DNA from: a virus
Lineage: Duplodnaviria; Caudoviricetes
Length of the DNA stretch: 64,000 nucleotides
Virus record (IMG/VR): IMGVR_UViG_3300020432_000004
Strand: one strand, 5' to 3'
Below are positions 12,001 to 19,039 of this stretch, piece after piece. The position numbers and the translations under genes are program-made. Below the pieces are notes generated by a model, which was not told where the DNA came from, searched no databases, and worked only from the letters and a program-made list of their open reading frames with translations. The stretch's first letter is position 1; every line of letters starts with the position of its first letter.

Positions 12001-12039
12001 CTATACGGAGAAGAACCAGTTGACCCCGAAACCCCATAA
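1..12039 (+). CDS. Giant virion structural protein (baseplate/fibre-associated), 5'-truncated; LamG-like domain, helical repeats, 19 nested FTC..YPR domains
   Basis: Frame +1 is open from base 1 (AEVIGFDFAG...), so ATG 292 is internal. It has a LamG/ConA-like motif (WYHLVIQR...GHIDEFRYS), C-terminal FDG..T.F.L / INGVLQ.P repeats and GSGY repeats typical of cyanomyophage structural proteins, and lies upstream of baseplate genes. Confidence 0.85.
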   Translation, partial: AEVIGFDFAGNTIYLGKIGRSLRGGADYHQFNFSNAAQLDTAQKKFGDSSLLLDAATNDYIQIPASSEFTRGTGDYTIEFQVRLDATSLVDTKTLLDMRTSATEVALRIYLQAAQVRVNVNGSDIATSGGNALNNDVWYHLVIQRTGTSLKIYSNGVEIGTGTDSSNYTLDRPIRIGSDLSGLNSMTGHIDEFRYSVVSRYATAPFNAPSGIFQGDADTKVLCHFDGADGQTSTEDWSGGESFTKTEYINNDAILKTHQASNAAPAGFTTKSHRYLNAADLMLMNKEYLAQETVYIMKEVFPAHSVKGSEVDCEDDVRDVIDSLVDDLRNGSNHHMWKASSYYVNREVNPIQIVNVEDDVSMTVFVYKILDKLAKYIVNNVPWSTQGDHGLIQKYDTSITFDGYTSQTLTKFTPTAIDYHPSMGDMEITAASHGLAAPRTITATDSGYTATTGVLTIQSVGHNLETGDRIKFEPNSITMTCTCDGNVVSQSYPRTDDPANQGWLEVAKIDNDNFSVNVGTSPTVNYTATSADYDSNTGFLTMDIGDNDLRPGSKYTVSNAAYNPTTGVMTVSVGNDQYDVHDADYSPTSGDLEIYTGTHNLKTGQRVKIANDGITFRCSQDDYATDHAYPRATDPARDTALEVTHVTDTSFTVNVGKSPIVTYDVSNATFNPNNGDMELTIGSHTLAQGTSIRIATQSIGFTCTYGAGVHYYPRPLIDEHVPSDAAYNPTTGVVTFTVAQGHGMKNGDKVKIPDYALSFTCDKDNNVTTHRYPRPYDPVSDRWIEISNVQTTSFDVQVLDTAPSTNTSTHTFVSFAGVIQQKRDKSFEQSIEITGTTPTTITINVGISSNTTTHTYSTSKAGAVITGGNYKHKFRSALDNAITVEHGLYVGDRVMFDRDSLTFTCLEDSNATEHTYPRITDPYYNKWLPISNVTHTSFDVQVLSSTPSTNQTAHTFVRSKVNGLTRSGETLKLAKDALSFTCSQDNDATVHSYPRVDDSVYNTAIPIWSNGSTRMTAQSATYNTAEGLLIITILNHGLTVGTELRLENNSLVFTCSKDGNKTEHSYPRPKDPFAARWLRIKAVTDHTFTLFVGAASPTGQYAHTFVRAIKDGIVKRDNTVTINVGATPTKAYTPSAATYNAGTGALELNVGNHSYPAPTQHTPTDVAYNPVSGVMTLTIAGHNFSNGEKIKIDDNGITLSCPYGGATGSAAQKTYPRPTDPVSNKWIPIFNVTTDTFDVQVLDKVPSTNVDTHTFVSAVNNCVKKANYTVKLAPDSLVMTCDMDSNATKHLYPRSNVAQHTASTGTTYNPVSGVLKVSIPTESFTASAANYNVTTGDCVLTISQNAGSYNVTGATYAPTTGVLVLTIGTHSLTTSDRIKITPESLKFTCDYNNDNNETIHPYPRASGAYNSTNSKADYAYDTWLDITAVSPNTITVNVNGGQGAITDISNHTFVGALDGAVQVGHGIVPGNKVKLAPNSLTFTCTLDGNTAQKSYPRSTGANTTSGADYAYDKWLRVMAVGENTITINLNGGQGAISDTSAHTFVSATTDGITLGHGMVAGTPIKIKDNSIKFRCGFDNYETLHPYPRPSDPASDKWLFISNVDDSSFEVNVLQGTTPTNTTTHTYAGSDDLGIIQGDPLVAQAIPIDSVTSNTITINALDGYTPSFTPNHTLDSISTNQFTPTNAVYNGETGVMTITVATTLFQPSMIAYNAITGEMQMTIGSHSLSIGQEILIAPNSLTFTCDYNGDGNTTNKTYPRASGAATPSGADFAYNNHLQITDTTATSITVNVNGGGGSITDTTSHQFVSATAGAISVGHGIQNGEKIKIADGGITFTCTHDSNATNHPYPRATDPASGRWLDVMNVTNTTFDVQVLDEIPSTNTTAHTFVSATTNAITRAIVSTGGNYKHKFVSGLTNGVRTGGDYTHTFVSATTNGIHVAGDCVYIDDNSLRFTCSQDNHLTQHDYPRSTDPASHQVMEVKTVDNDRFVINVGKSPQDKRYDHLFVSGDANSITKSKYFVTNCSDVYTTTNNLISILTDTIEQAALASPVDHLATVTDLNPVQEFIGGRVHSYLEVPFKITYEDDASELIYTDRIDVFSRYRFRDAAELIRQNRGAIVDKASFDMLQRYPDLNQDMPRNQNGASTDGTERCKTDLGLVVDGLANDVENGGNKNVVTAAGFYIGANNEIQHIRLQLPQSIYVHERLIYYLKQAIDGTLTTDNTENLIVGDWGITNNDYTTSYDVYDAAYTPSTGDLTLTLASNTGSYSVSGAVYNPTSGDLTLTIGTHTLTTTDKVGIAEESLVFTCDYNGNGNQTQKRYPRSFGANTTNGADYAYNQFLDITAVNQSGGTITVNVNGGQGAITDTTTHNFVVTPSATNAVTVGHGFGVGDSLQINNEALTFTCSMDGNVSNKTYPRATDPAYGKALTINSRTATTVTVNVGPSPLVRYTPTMATYTASTGVMVLTIGNHNLQVGQPIKISGGALKFTCSMDQNESIKSYPRTTDPFYDKPIDITATTADTIQINVGQSPIVMHNVSNATYDPNTGVMVLTIGINHGLTANTSIKLATESLVFTCTLDGNTVEKSYPRATTANTGTGADYAYDTAINIDSVDQNAGTITINVNGGQGAISDTSAHTFVSANSGAVRSGGDYVHTFHSADTESVIAGGDYTHVWAGGTATDAVFTVGDCADVKTNIESLIETVNDIIAPTGKDYDVAGNRLYFNRELIAEDVTSNMLTGFTYQAGPTTYFAFQFGGSNLEATEFQADVEFLVKSLISDLQTGGNSSSIRALEETYLNADGTLHRIEDMVMATVYGMEVLKEVGREVIRNNVYNSFESQPFGAYSTPSGKAAYRDGEETVDIDQVVGDWNNLLDHVIEFFSPGKKIARSGMKQILYNANYYKNELNNLVNTQFGTGSWVYNDFVDQLLGNMIQDSITTDVDHVIDAYRLTVDNVSGEFKVDEVVTASGGGYAKILEWDSKDRHLYIGSFLEGTISGGETITGQTAGAATIITGGVSKKFDWYTHPANVEILRNARLISSSVQDQLIGQNVGYNFPEDLTGGGNVLTNVTISTDVTAAPDNAVTADKIVATSTVGTHILHNNYSLNAFETFDSGNVTFDTSGETFDTGQVGTAESQQFTYSIFLKQGEYTKARFQVSLDEDTPQRQQAFYDIDLTNGTTGSIFQPQGGLQIDASGVIPYGGGWYRAFITVTCSFGFQQLRQMVQIKNATGQTSFGGNGTDGLFAWGQKLTKGLIDPYAATSGEVFYADTEYNIKTYTINKLEGWIYDALKDQLINPSPESGFVPYFSDADAANYHPDSVHRLVRYSLDIIRNQLLNSTYYTDIIVQNGIVSPTKDYGTFDIPVGLAGGLNNADYLYGLASGSYAELEKVTMNEGEVVQIYQRFRIDGNIVDGPFFMNEVVEKQGDNTVTGVVYGFFEDDNFKYLDVAVTGGTFSVLDYVVGATNTTTAQINAIEDRIQITDLLGEFTDNIPFKGYDTGETAIPTGFLKAQAAVTDNSGGKLTVDTETLIGTFETTATIFPEQSKLFLDVARYDGLDTLIGYRISSAGHTRIGISIQNNKNVFTVGNRLNKITNGVIDPNNYGIITELDLDNNIIYYILAAGNITNGDQVGDFGPAPDPLNPLGHAVINTKLDVAGAATALIQDIKEVGVNKRFYLTDVRGTFSGRDGIFSKDGYKAAIITKTDLKGRVERAFRGFDGVQTNFKLTIENGTKYFPDPAGHMLIFINGVLQPPGSANAYTAFSDNIQFTEAPDLGASFTGFYVGKLRQLDDISFEFDSLRQSFNLKRDDVFYSLTLTDGVQSSTILPENNIIVSLNGVIQEPGVGFELVGSRIIFSEIPRVGSTFVAFSYVGSEADVDAAEVVPPIEVGDFIDIQGETEDRQVAVIESSNSLITFDYLGSVFGQNAKASATLTSGTIDRVQVTAGGSGYTTRPNVRVDSISGFDGNIRALVGVAGVEVSNVGSGYQNPVVSVETVVPDDWTPPDLSLYGEEPVDPETP
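1225..6051 (+). repeat. 15 copies of a ~100-aa domain (Y.P.TG.L.LTIG.H / FTC..D....H.YPR / DP...W..I....F.VNVG / HTFVSA), recursively nested
   Basis: 15 YPR motifs, each preceded by a Cys-containing strand, counted in the translation. Confidence 0.9.
6712..8055 (+). repeat. 4 further nested copies of the same domain
   Basis: 4 FTC..YPR motifs, followed by stacked closing strands (HTFVSANSG, GDYVHTFH, GDYTHVW). Confidence 0.9.
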
Positions 12040-12042
12040 ATA
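12035..12042 (+). promoter_or_regulatory. T4-type late promoter (CATAAATA)
   Basis: NATAAATA motif just upstream of ATG 12061. Confidence 0.7.
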
Positions 12043-12060
12043 ACTAAAAAATAGCGAACA

Positions 12061-13287
12061 ATGGCTAAACAAGTAATCGGTCTTGGATCTGCTGCTAATG
12101 ATAACACAGGTGATACTCTTCGTGCAGGTGGTGATAAGGTTAACGACAATTTCAGTGAAGTTTATACTGCTTTAGGTAATGGAACAGACCTAACGATAAC
12201 TCTTGCCAATCCTGGCGTTAATCAGGTGTTACGTTATAATGGATCTACTTTTACTCCTTCAGATTATAGTACTCTGACTTCTTCATTAGATGTAAATGGT
12301 AATACAATAATTTCTACATCAAACGGTAATATCCCTATTGCTCCAAATGGAACTGGTAATGTTACCATTGCTGCAGGTGGTGTAACCAATACTTTTAACG
12401 GAACTACTGGTAATGTTGATTTCCCAACTTCTATTGCATATAAGAATGAGTATACAGCAATAGGATCAGCACCTTCTGCCTCATCATATACAGGTTATTT
12501 CTTTACAGTTGATGGTGATGATAATCCATATGTAAATATCAATATTACTGCAGGTGGTGTTGGAGATACAAGAGCAAAAATTTTAACAGAGTACTCTAGT
12601 CTTGGACAAGTTGGAGATGTAGATACAACAACAAATGCTCCTACTAATGGACAATTATTAAAGTGGAATACATCAGATGGTAAATGGGCACCTGCTGATG
12701 ATCTAGCTGGTGCAGGATCTCAGAATTTATGGGAATCTATTGTTGCCGATACAGGAACAGCAACTGCTGATTCTGCAACTGATTCATTAACAATAGCAGG
12801 TGGAACTGATATAGGAACTAGCATAACTGGTGATACAGTAACTATCAATTATACTGGAACTCCTGTAACTTCATTTGCTGCATTGACTGATACAGACCTT
12901 TCTGGAATAGTAAAGGGTGACTCAGTTTATTGGAATAATACTGATTGGGTTGTAGCTAGAAGTCCTGTTATTTGGTGGAACTTAAACTCTGTTGGTGGAT
13001 CTGATTATACTTTCTCTGGTCCTGGTTTTACTGGTGCTGTGAATGACCCAACTCTTTATGTTTATAGAGGGTTTACTTATATCTTTGATAACTCAGTTCA
13101 AGGTGGTGCTCATCCATTTAGGATTCAAAGCACACAGGGTTTAACTGGAACTCCATATACTGCAGGTCAGTCAGGTAGTGGATCTAATATTTTATATTGG
13201 ACAGTTCCGTTGGATGCTCCTGCGGTTTTATATTATCAGTGTACACTTCATTCTGCCATGCAAGGCACAATTAACGTAGCGGTATAG
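12061..13287 (+). CDS. gp9/gp10-like baseplate-fibre connector protein with C-terminal cupredoxin-like domain
   Basis: N-terminus MAKQVIGLGSAANDNTGDTLRAGGDKVNDNF resembles the T4 gp9/gp10 N-terminal motif; C-terminus has HPFRI...YYQCTLHSAM. Confidence 0.7.
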   Translation: MAKQVIGLGSAANDNTGDTLRAGGDKVNDNFSEVYTALGNGTDLTITLANPGVNQVLRYNGSTFTPSDYSTLTSSLDVNGNTIISTSNGNIPIAPNGTGNVTIAAGGVTNTFNGTTGNVDFPTSIAYKNEYTAIGSAPSASSYTGYFFTVDGDDNPYVNINITAGGVGDTRAKILTEYSSLGQVGDVDTTTNAPTNGQLLKWNTSDGKWAPADDLAGAGSQNLWESIVADTGTATADSATDSLTIAGGTDIGTSITGDTVTINYTGTPVTSFAALTDTDLSGIVKGDSVYWNNTDWVVARSPVIWWNLNSVGGSDYTFSGPGFTGAVNDPTLYVYRGFTYIFDNSVQGGAHPFRIQSTQGLTGTPYTAGQSGSGSNILYWTVPLDAPAVLYYQCTLHSAMQGTINVAV

Positions 13288-13290
13288 TAA

Positions 13291-16200
13291 ATGACAAGAA
13301 CAGTTCCTGGTTCTGGTGCCGTCATTGAACCAATATTTGATGAGATTTTTGGAGTTCGTGCGGTAGAAGTTTTAGATGGTGGTAGTGGATACACAACATC
13401 CGATCCCCCTCGTCTTACTATAACTGGTTGTGGAACTCCAGATGTAGAAGCATTGTTGTATCCAATTATTGATAATGAGTCAGGAAGAATTATACACGTT
13501 AGAGTTCTTAGTAGAGGTAGAGGATATGATCCATTAAGATTACAGATCATTCCAGAACAAGAAACTCCTAATGTTGTAACGTCATTTGATATAAAAAGAA
13601 TATTTCAATCACATCCTAATAGTCCTACTACAGCAGCATTTACAGATGATAGACTCAGAATAGTATCTGATAATCATCCTAAACCATCTCAACATTTCTT
13701 GACTGAAAGAGAACCAGGTGGTTCTGATACAATAGTTGATAGATCCTTTGATCAGACTTTTATCTATAGAGGTGGTAAAGATGTTCCTCATCCAGACGCT
13801 GCTAATAGACAATATCAAGGTGATAAAGCCATGGGTATCATGGCAAATGGTGTTTTACTTCATACACCTGAGTGGGGACAAGATGGAAATCCACCACCAG
13901 GATTTACTATTGATGCTGTAAAATATCCTTACATAAAAAATAATAATGCTTATGATGCTGTACTAGATAATCAAGTTTATTATTATAAAACAAATAAACT
14001 TATAAACGAATGGAATTTAGATAATGGTGTATTTGATTGGGGTAGAATAAGACAGTTTGTTTGGCAAGTTAAAACAGAACATGATAATGTTTTAATAGAC
14101 TTAACGAGTTTAGATCAGACTATAGGTTCAGTTGAAGTAGGTAGAGTTGTTGATTGTATTACTTCTACTGCAAAAGGTGAAGTAGCAAAAATTGTTAAAG
14201 ATAATTTAGGTAATCCTACAAAAATATATTTAAGAAATCTTACTGGTGTTCCTTTCCAAGAAAATGATGTATGTTTAGGTGCTAATGGATTCCAGTTTAG
14301 AGTATCAGGTATTCCTAGAACATTTGAGACTGGTATATTCTATATTGAGTTTGGAGAAGAAGCACATGAATTTGGTCCTTTCTCACCTGGCACATTTTAT
14401 TTTGCTCCAGAAGGAATCAAAGTTCAAAGAAATTATTTAATTATTTGGGATCAAAGTCATCCATCTAACGGTGGACAAGGTGGAATGCCACACCCAATGA
14501 GATTCAGTACAACTGCTGATGGAACTCTTAATGGTGGAACTTTATATTATAACAGCACTGGTGTTACACAAGCACCTGCTGCTGATTACGAGGATGAATA
14601 TAAAGCATTATTCTTAATGAATGCTGATGAGAATAATAAAATTTATTATCATTGTGCATTCCATCGTTATATGTCTGGATATCTTGGTGATGAAGGTTAC
14701 ATGGAACTTGCATCAGATGTAGATCCTGACCCAATGGTTAATACTTATTATTTTAAAGAGTATTATCAAAGTAATACAAGTGATCCTAATACCATTGATT
14801 ATAGTAGACATCCTGATGGACACTCTAAAATATTGGGTATGTCTTTTGATGGATATCCCATCTATGGTGCTTGGGGTTATAATTCAACTGGAGCTACTGC
14901 TAGAGAAGTCTCAGGATATAGATTAAAAACAACTGCTGAGTTACCAGGTAATCGTCCTGATGTTAATACAGTTTCTACTGTAACATATACTGTAACTGTA
15001 TCAAACGGAAAATTTCAATTTGATGGAAGTAGACCTTCATTTTTAACATTAGAAAGAGGTAAGACATATATCTTTAATCAAAATGATGCATCAAACGATA
15101 GTAGTCATATATTTGTCGGTACATCTGATGATGGATGGCATGTAGGTGCACCTCCTATTATTGGAGATACATCATATCTTTTACCAGGCACTCATGTAAC
15201 TTACTGGATTGATGGTGCTCAAACTACTTACAATACTTACATCTCTGCTTTTAATACTGCAACAACAAGAGAAACTAGATTCCATGTTCCTGTTGATGCA
15301 CCTATAGCATTATATTTGTTTGGATACTCTGTAGCAGATACAGGAATAAGATGTGTTATTGAGGGTTATGTACTTGGTGATTTAACTGAAGATTATATAC
15401 ATGATTCAAGTGTTGGAACTCTTGATGCTTATAATGGTAAGTTCGGTCCTACTCCAGAATATCCTAACGGAACCTATGCATATTATATGACAGAAGATAG
15501 TTCTTCTGTTCCTACGTATCCTTATGCTATAGGTAATAGATTTTATGGAACTCCATTATTTGAAGGTGATAATGTTCCTGCACAAGTAGATACATTCCCT
15601 GCAGGTGCTGCAGGTGATGTTGTTCTAAACGCTAGTGGACAAATAGCATACATTAGAATGACAAAGTTTGGTGATAATTATTTCGGTCCTGCACAAGCAA
15701 AAATATTAGGTGGAGAAGGAACTGGTGCATTGGCAAGTCCTATTGTACAAACAGTTACTGGTTTATCATTATTAAATTCTGGTAGAGAGTATGCTACACC
15801 TCCAACACTTATATTTGAAGGAGGTGGAGGTGGTGTTGGTGCTGAAGGTGCTGCTGAGATTGATACCTTCGGTAAAGTTACTTCTATTAATATTGTTGAT
15901 GAAGGTGAGTTCTATCAGGAACCTCCTTATGTGTTAATTACAGGTGGTGGAGGTATTGGTGCTAAAGCGGTTGCTAGAATTGATCAGGGTGTAATTGTAG
16001 GAATTGATGTTACAGATTCTGGTTCTGGATATATCAATCCACCAAATATTGTATTTACTAAACTTGTTAATTTAAAACGTAAGACAAGAGCAAGACAGTC
16101 TTATAACTCTCAAGCAATTTACTTAACTGGTCTCGTAAAAGATTTAGCTGCATCAGATACAGAAATATTTGTTGATACTACTACAGGTTTTCCTGGTTCT

Positions 16201-17463
16201 GGAGAACTGATTGTAAACACTGAAACGATTACTTATACTGGTAAAGCAACTGGTAAGTTCTTTGGTTTGACAAGAGGTGTAAACTTTAACTATGACCAGA
16301 GAATTATATTAGATGCAACTCAGAACAACCAACAGGATATATCAACATACCAGTTTAATGTTGGTGATAGAGTTATTCGTAGAATTGATAATGCAAATAA
16401 TAAAGTTGCAAAGGTATATGACTGGAATCCTCAAACTAGAGAACTATTAGTAACATTTGAAGTTGATGAATTGGCATTCATTGATGGTGGTATTCCATCA
16501 ACTTTAGATGCTATTGTACAGTTTGATGCAGGTGTTGCTGCTAGTGCAAGTAATGCTTTTGATCCTCATCAAATTACTTTTGCTGCAAATGAAGATATTA
16601 TAACTTTGACTGATCCTATAGGTAGAATTTTAGATACTAAATTTGTTGATGTTGCAGAAAATGCAGGAGCTGGTGACGGTATTCCAGATTTATTTAATAC
16701 AGGTACTGATTATGAAAACCAGATAGCACTAGATGGTGGTATTTACAATTCATTATATGGTATTGAAGAAACTCAAGGTGGAACTAATACTACTCTATTT
16801 GCAGTTGCTGATCAGGTCAAAGATGGTTCTATACCATTTAAGTATGCAACTGTAGAAACTGCAGGAACACTAACTGATGGTGTAGATCATTCTGCAAGAT
16901 TAAATGTATATGTAGATCTAAATCAAGGTAATGGACAAAATTATGTTGTCAATGATCTAGTGACAGGTGATATATCTGGTGTAAGAGGAACTGTTCTTGG
17001 ATGGGATCCTACTACTGGATTACTAGAAGTTGGTAATGTAACTCCATTCAATACTGGTAATATCAATATAGGTATTGCAGGTTACTTCTATGAGTTCTCT
17101 GCTAGAGAAACAGTGATTGATTTCATTGTTCAAAATCCAGGTACTAACTATACTGCACCTCCTTCGGTAACAGTAGAGAACATTGGTGATATACAAGCAA
17201 CAGCAAGTGTTAACATGACTGCTGCAGGTGACCAAGTTGCTTCACTAACAATCACAAATGGTGGTTATGGTATTGCACAAAATATTGATGAAAGTTTTGT
17301 AACACATCCGACAGTTACATTTACTAATAATGCTAGTGATAGCACAGGATCTGGTGCTGTTGCTCAAGCAGTTCTTGGTGGAGAACGCATTGCAGGTAAT
17401 ACTGGTGCGAGTTATAGGATCAAGAGAATTGAATATCAAGCACAACTCCAGTCTAAGGAGTAG
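13291..17463 (+). CDS. Baseplate wedge initiator (gp7-like) with split YHYH-like domain and cupredoxin-like insert
   Basis: Immediately upstream of g8; GSGY...P repeats; YHYH-family motifs (FDGYPIYG, LDAYNG, TPEYPNGTYAY); YYHCAFHRYM. Confidence 0.7.
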   Translation: MTRTVPGSGAVIEPIFDEIFGVRAVEVLDGGSGYTTSDPPRLTITGCGTPDVEALLYPIIDNESGRIIHVRVLSRGRGYDPLRLQIIPEQETPNVVTSFDIKRIFQSHPNSPTTAAFTDDRLRIVSDNHPKPSQHFLTEREPGGSDTIVDRSFDQTFIYRGGKDVPHPDAANRQYQGDKAMGIMANGVLLHTPEWGQDGNPPPGFTIDAVKYPYIKNNNAYDAVLDNQVYYYKTNKLINEWNLDNGVFDWGRIRQFVWQVKTEHDNVLIDLTSLDQTIGSVEVGRVVDCITSTAKGEVAKIVKDNLGNPTKIYLRNLTGVPFQENDVCLGANGFQFRVSGIPRTFETGIFYIEFGEEAHEFGPFSPGTFYFAPEGIKVQRNYLIIWDQSHPSNGGQGGMPHPMRFSTTADGTLNGGTLYYNSTGVTQAPAADYEDEYKALFLMNADENNKIYYHCAFHRYMSGYLGDEGYMELASDVDPDPMVNTYYFKEYYQSNTSDPNTIDYSRHPDGHSKILGMSFDGYPIYGAWGYNSTGATAREVSGYRLKTTAELPGNRPDVNTVSTVTYTVTVSNGKFQFDGSRPSFLTLERGKTYIFNQNDASNDSSHIFVGTSDDGWHVGAPPIIGDTSYLLPGTHVTYWIDGAQTTYNTYISAFNTATTRETRFHVPVDAPIALYLFGYSVADTGIRCVIEGYVLGDLTEDYIHDSSVGTLDAYNGKFGPTPEYPNGTYAYYMTEDSSSVPTYPYAIGNRFYGTPLFEGDNVPAQVDTFPAGAAGDVVLNASGQIAYIRMTKFGDNYFGPAQAKILGGEGTGALASPIVQTVTGLSLLNSGREYATPPTLIFEGGGGGVGAEGAAEIDTFGKVTSINIVDEGEFYQEPPYVLITGGGGIGAKAVARIDQGVIVGIDVTDSGSGYINPPNIVFTKLVNLKRKTRARQSYNSQAIYLTGLVKDLAASDTEIFVDTTTGFPGSGELIVNTETITYTGKATGKFFGLTRGVNFNYDQRIILDATQNNQQDISTYQFNVGDRVIRRIDNANNKVAKVYDWNPQTRELLVTFEVDELAFIDGGIPSTLDAIVQFDAGVAASASNAFDPHQITFAANEDIITLTDPIGRILDTKFVDVAENAGAGDGIPDLFNTGTDYENQIALDGGIYNSLYGIEETQGGTNTTLFAVADQVKDGSIPFKYATVETAGTLTDGVDHSARLNVYVDLNQGNGQNYVVNDLVTGDISGVRGTVLGWDPTTGLLEVGNVTPFNTGNINIGIAGYFYEFSARETVIDFIVQNPGTNYTAPPSVTVENIGDIQATASVNMTAAGDQVASLTITNGGYGIAQNIDESFVTHPTVTFTNNASDSTGSGAVAQAVLGGERIAGNTGASYRIKRIEYQAQLQSKE

Positions 17464-17473
17464 TCGGAATCCG

Positions 17474-17481
17474 CATAAATA
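17474..17481 (+). promoter_or_regulatory. Late promoter (CATAAATA)
   Basis: Motif upstream of g8, followed by AGGAGG. Confidence 0.7.
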
Positions 17482-17506
17482 AACAGGAGGACAATAGTCT
17501 TAGAAA

Positions 17507-19039
17507 ATGGCAGCTCTATTAACTGATCAATTTAGAATTTTTTCAGCACAAAAATTTATTAAGGCTCTTGAAGGTCCCGTTGCAACTCAAAGTGATGATG
17601 ATGCAGGGGCTACGAGGGACAGGTTATATCTTTTCATAGGTAGACCACAAAGTTGGGATAATGAAAACTCACCACCACAGGCAGTGGATTCATTTGCCGA
17701 ATTTTCTGGTGCATATGATGATATGGTTTCAATGAAGCGTGTGCTGGCTTCCGATACTGTGCAGGTTGTTCGTAGAATTGACTGGGTTTCCCCAGAACAA
17801 ACTACTGGTGGATTAGGTTTTACCTATGACATGTATCGTCACGACTATTCTCCAAGTAAAACTGCTGCCTCTGGTGCTACTAAATTATATGATTCTGATT
17901 TTTACGTTGTAAACTCTCAGTATCAAGTATATAAGTGCATCTATAATGGAACTTCACCCTCAGATCCAAATGGAAAACCTTCTACAGTGGAACCTACAGG
18001 TACTTCTACTTCAATTATCACTACTGGTGATTCTTATCGTTGGAAATACATGTATACCATCCCAGTAGCATCGGTTCTTAAGTTCTTCTCGAACGATTAT
18101 ATGCCTGTATTCACAAATGCTGCTGTAAAAACAAACGCAGTTGCAGGTGAAATTGATACTGTTGTTATCAATGCTGCAGGTTCTGGTTATAACAATGGAA
18201 CTTATGATAACGTTGCTATTAATGGTGATGGAACTGGTGGTCGTGTTTCACTAGTTGTAGATGGTGGTAAAATTATTTCTGCTACTGTTACATCTGGAGG
18301 AACAGGATATACCTTTGGTAAAATTTCTGTTGATAACGTTACTGGTATTGGAACAGGAACTGGTGCTCAAGTGGATGTCATAATTCCACCACCAGGCGGT
18401 CACGGTGCTGATTCTGTTGTAGAACTTGGTGCTTTCCGAGTTATGATTAATGCTAAACTTTCATACGATGAAGGTGCAGGTGACTTCCCAGTTGACAACG
18501 ACTATCGTCGTATTGGTTTAATAACAAACCCTTTAAAATTTGGAACCGAGGAATTAATTTCAGACTTGACTGTATCTGCTACTAAGGCAGTTATATTCTC
18601 ACCTACATTCCAAGGTAACTACGTTCCTGATGAAATTATTACACAAACAAGAGTTGTTGGAGGATCTAACGTTACTGCTCGTGCTCGTGTTATTTCATGG
18701 AATGCAACTACAAAACTATTAAAGTACTATCAGAATGCTGTAGATGGTATCTTCCCAGAAGTTACAGGAACACAGAATGAATTTGATGGTTCAAACGTGA
18801 TTAATGGTGCTACATCTGGTGCTGCAGGGCAACCCGATGTTAACTTCCCCGCCATCCCAAACTCTTCTTCTAGAACAATTAACAATACTGAGTATGACTT
18901 AGGTATGAAGTTTAACAATGGTTATGCTAAACCCGAAGTTTCCTCAAGTAGCGGTGACGTTGTTTACATAGATAATAGAAGATCCATCAGTCGTGCAAAC
19001 GACCAAGTAGAAGATATTAAAATCGTAATCGAGTTCTAA
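17507..19039 (+). CDS. g8: Baseplate wedge subunit gp8
   Basis: MAALLTDQFRI, LYLFIGRPQSW, VYKCIYNG, YRWKYMYTI and C-terminal EDIKIVIEF are typical of cyanophage gp8. Confidence 0.92.
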   Translation: MAALLTDQFRIFSAQKFIKALEGPVATQSDDDAGATRDRLYLFIGRPQSWDNENSPPQAVDSFAEFSGAYDDMVSMKRVLASDTVQVVRRIDWVSPEQTTGGLGFTYDMYRHDYSPSKTAASGATKLYDSDFYVVNSQYQVYKCIYNGTSPSDPNGKPSTVEPTGTSTSIITTGDSYRWKYMYTIPVASVLKFFSNDYMPVFTNAAVKTNAVAGEIDTVVINAAGSGYNNGTYDNVAINGDGTGGRVSLVVDGGKIISATVTSGGTGYTFGKISVDNVTGIGTGTGAQVDVIIPPPGGHGADSVVELGAFRVMINAKLSYDEGAGDFPVDNDYRRIGLITNPLKFGTEELISDLTVSATKAVIFSPTFQGNYVPDEIITQTRVVGGSNVTARARVISWNATTKLLKYYQNAVDGIFPEVTGTQNEFDGSNVINGATSGAAGQPDVNFPAIPNSSSRTINNTEYDLGMKFNNGYAKPEVSSSSGDVVYIDNRRSISRANDQVEDIKIVIEF

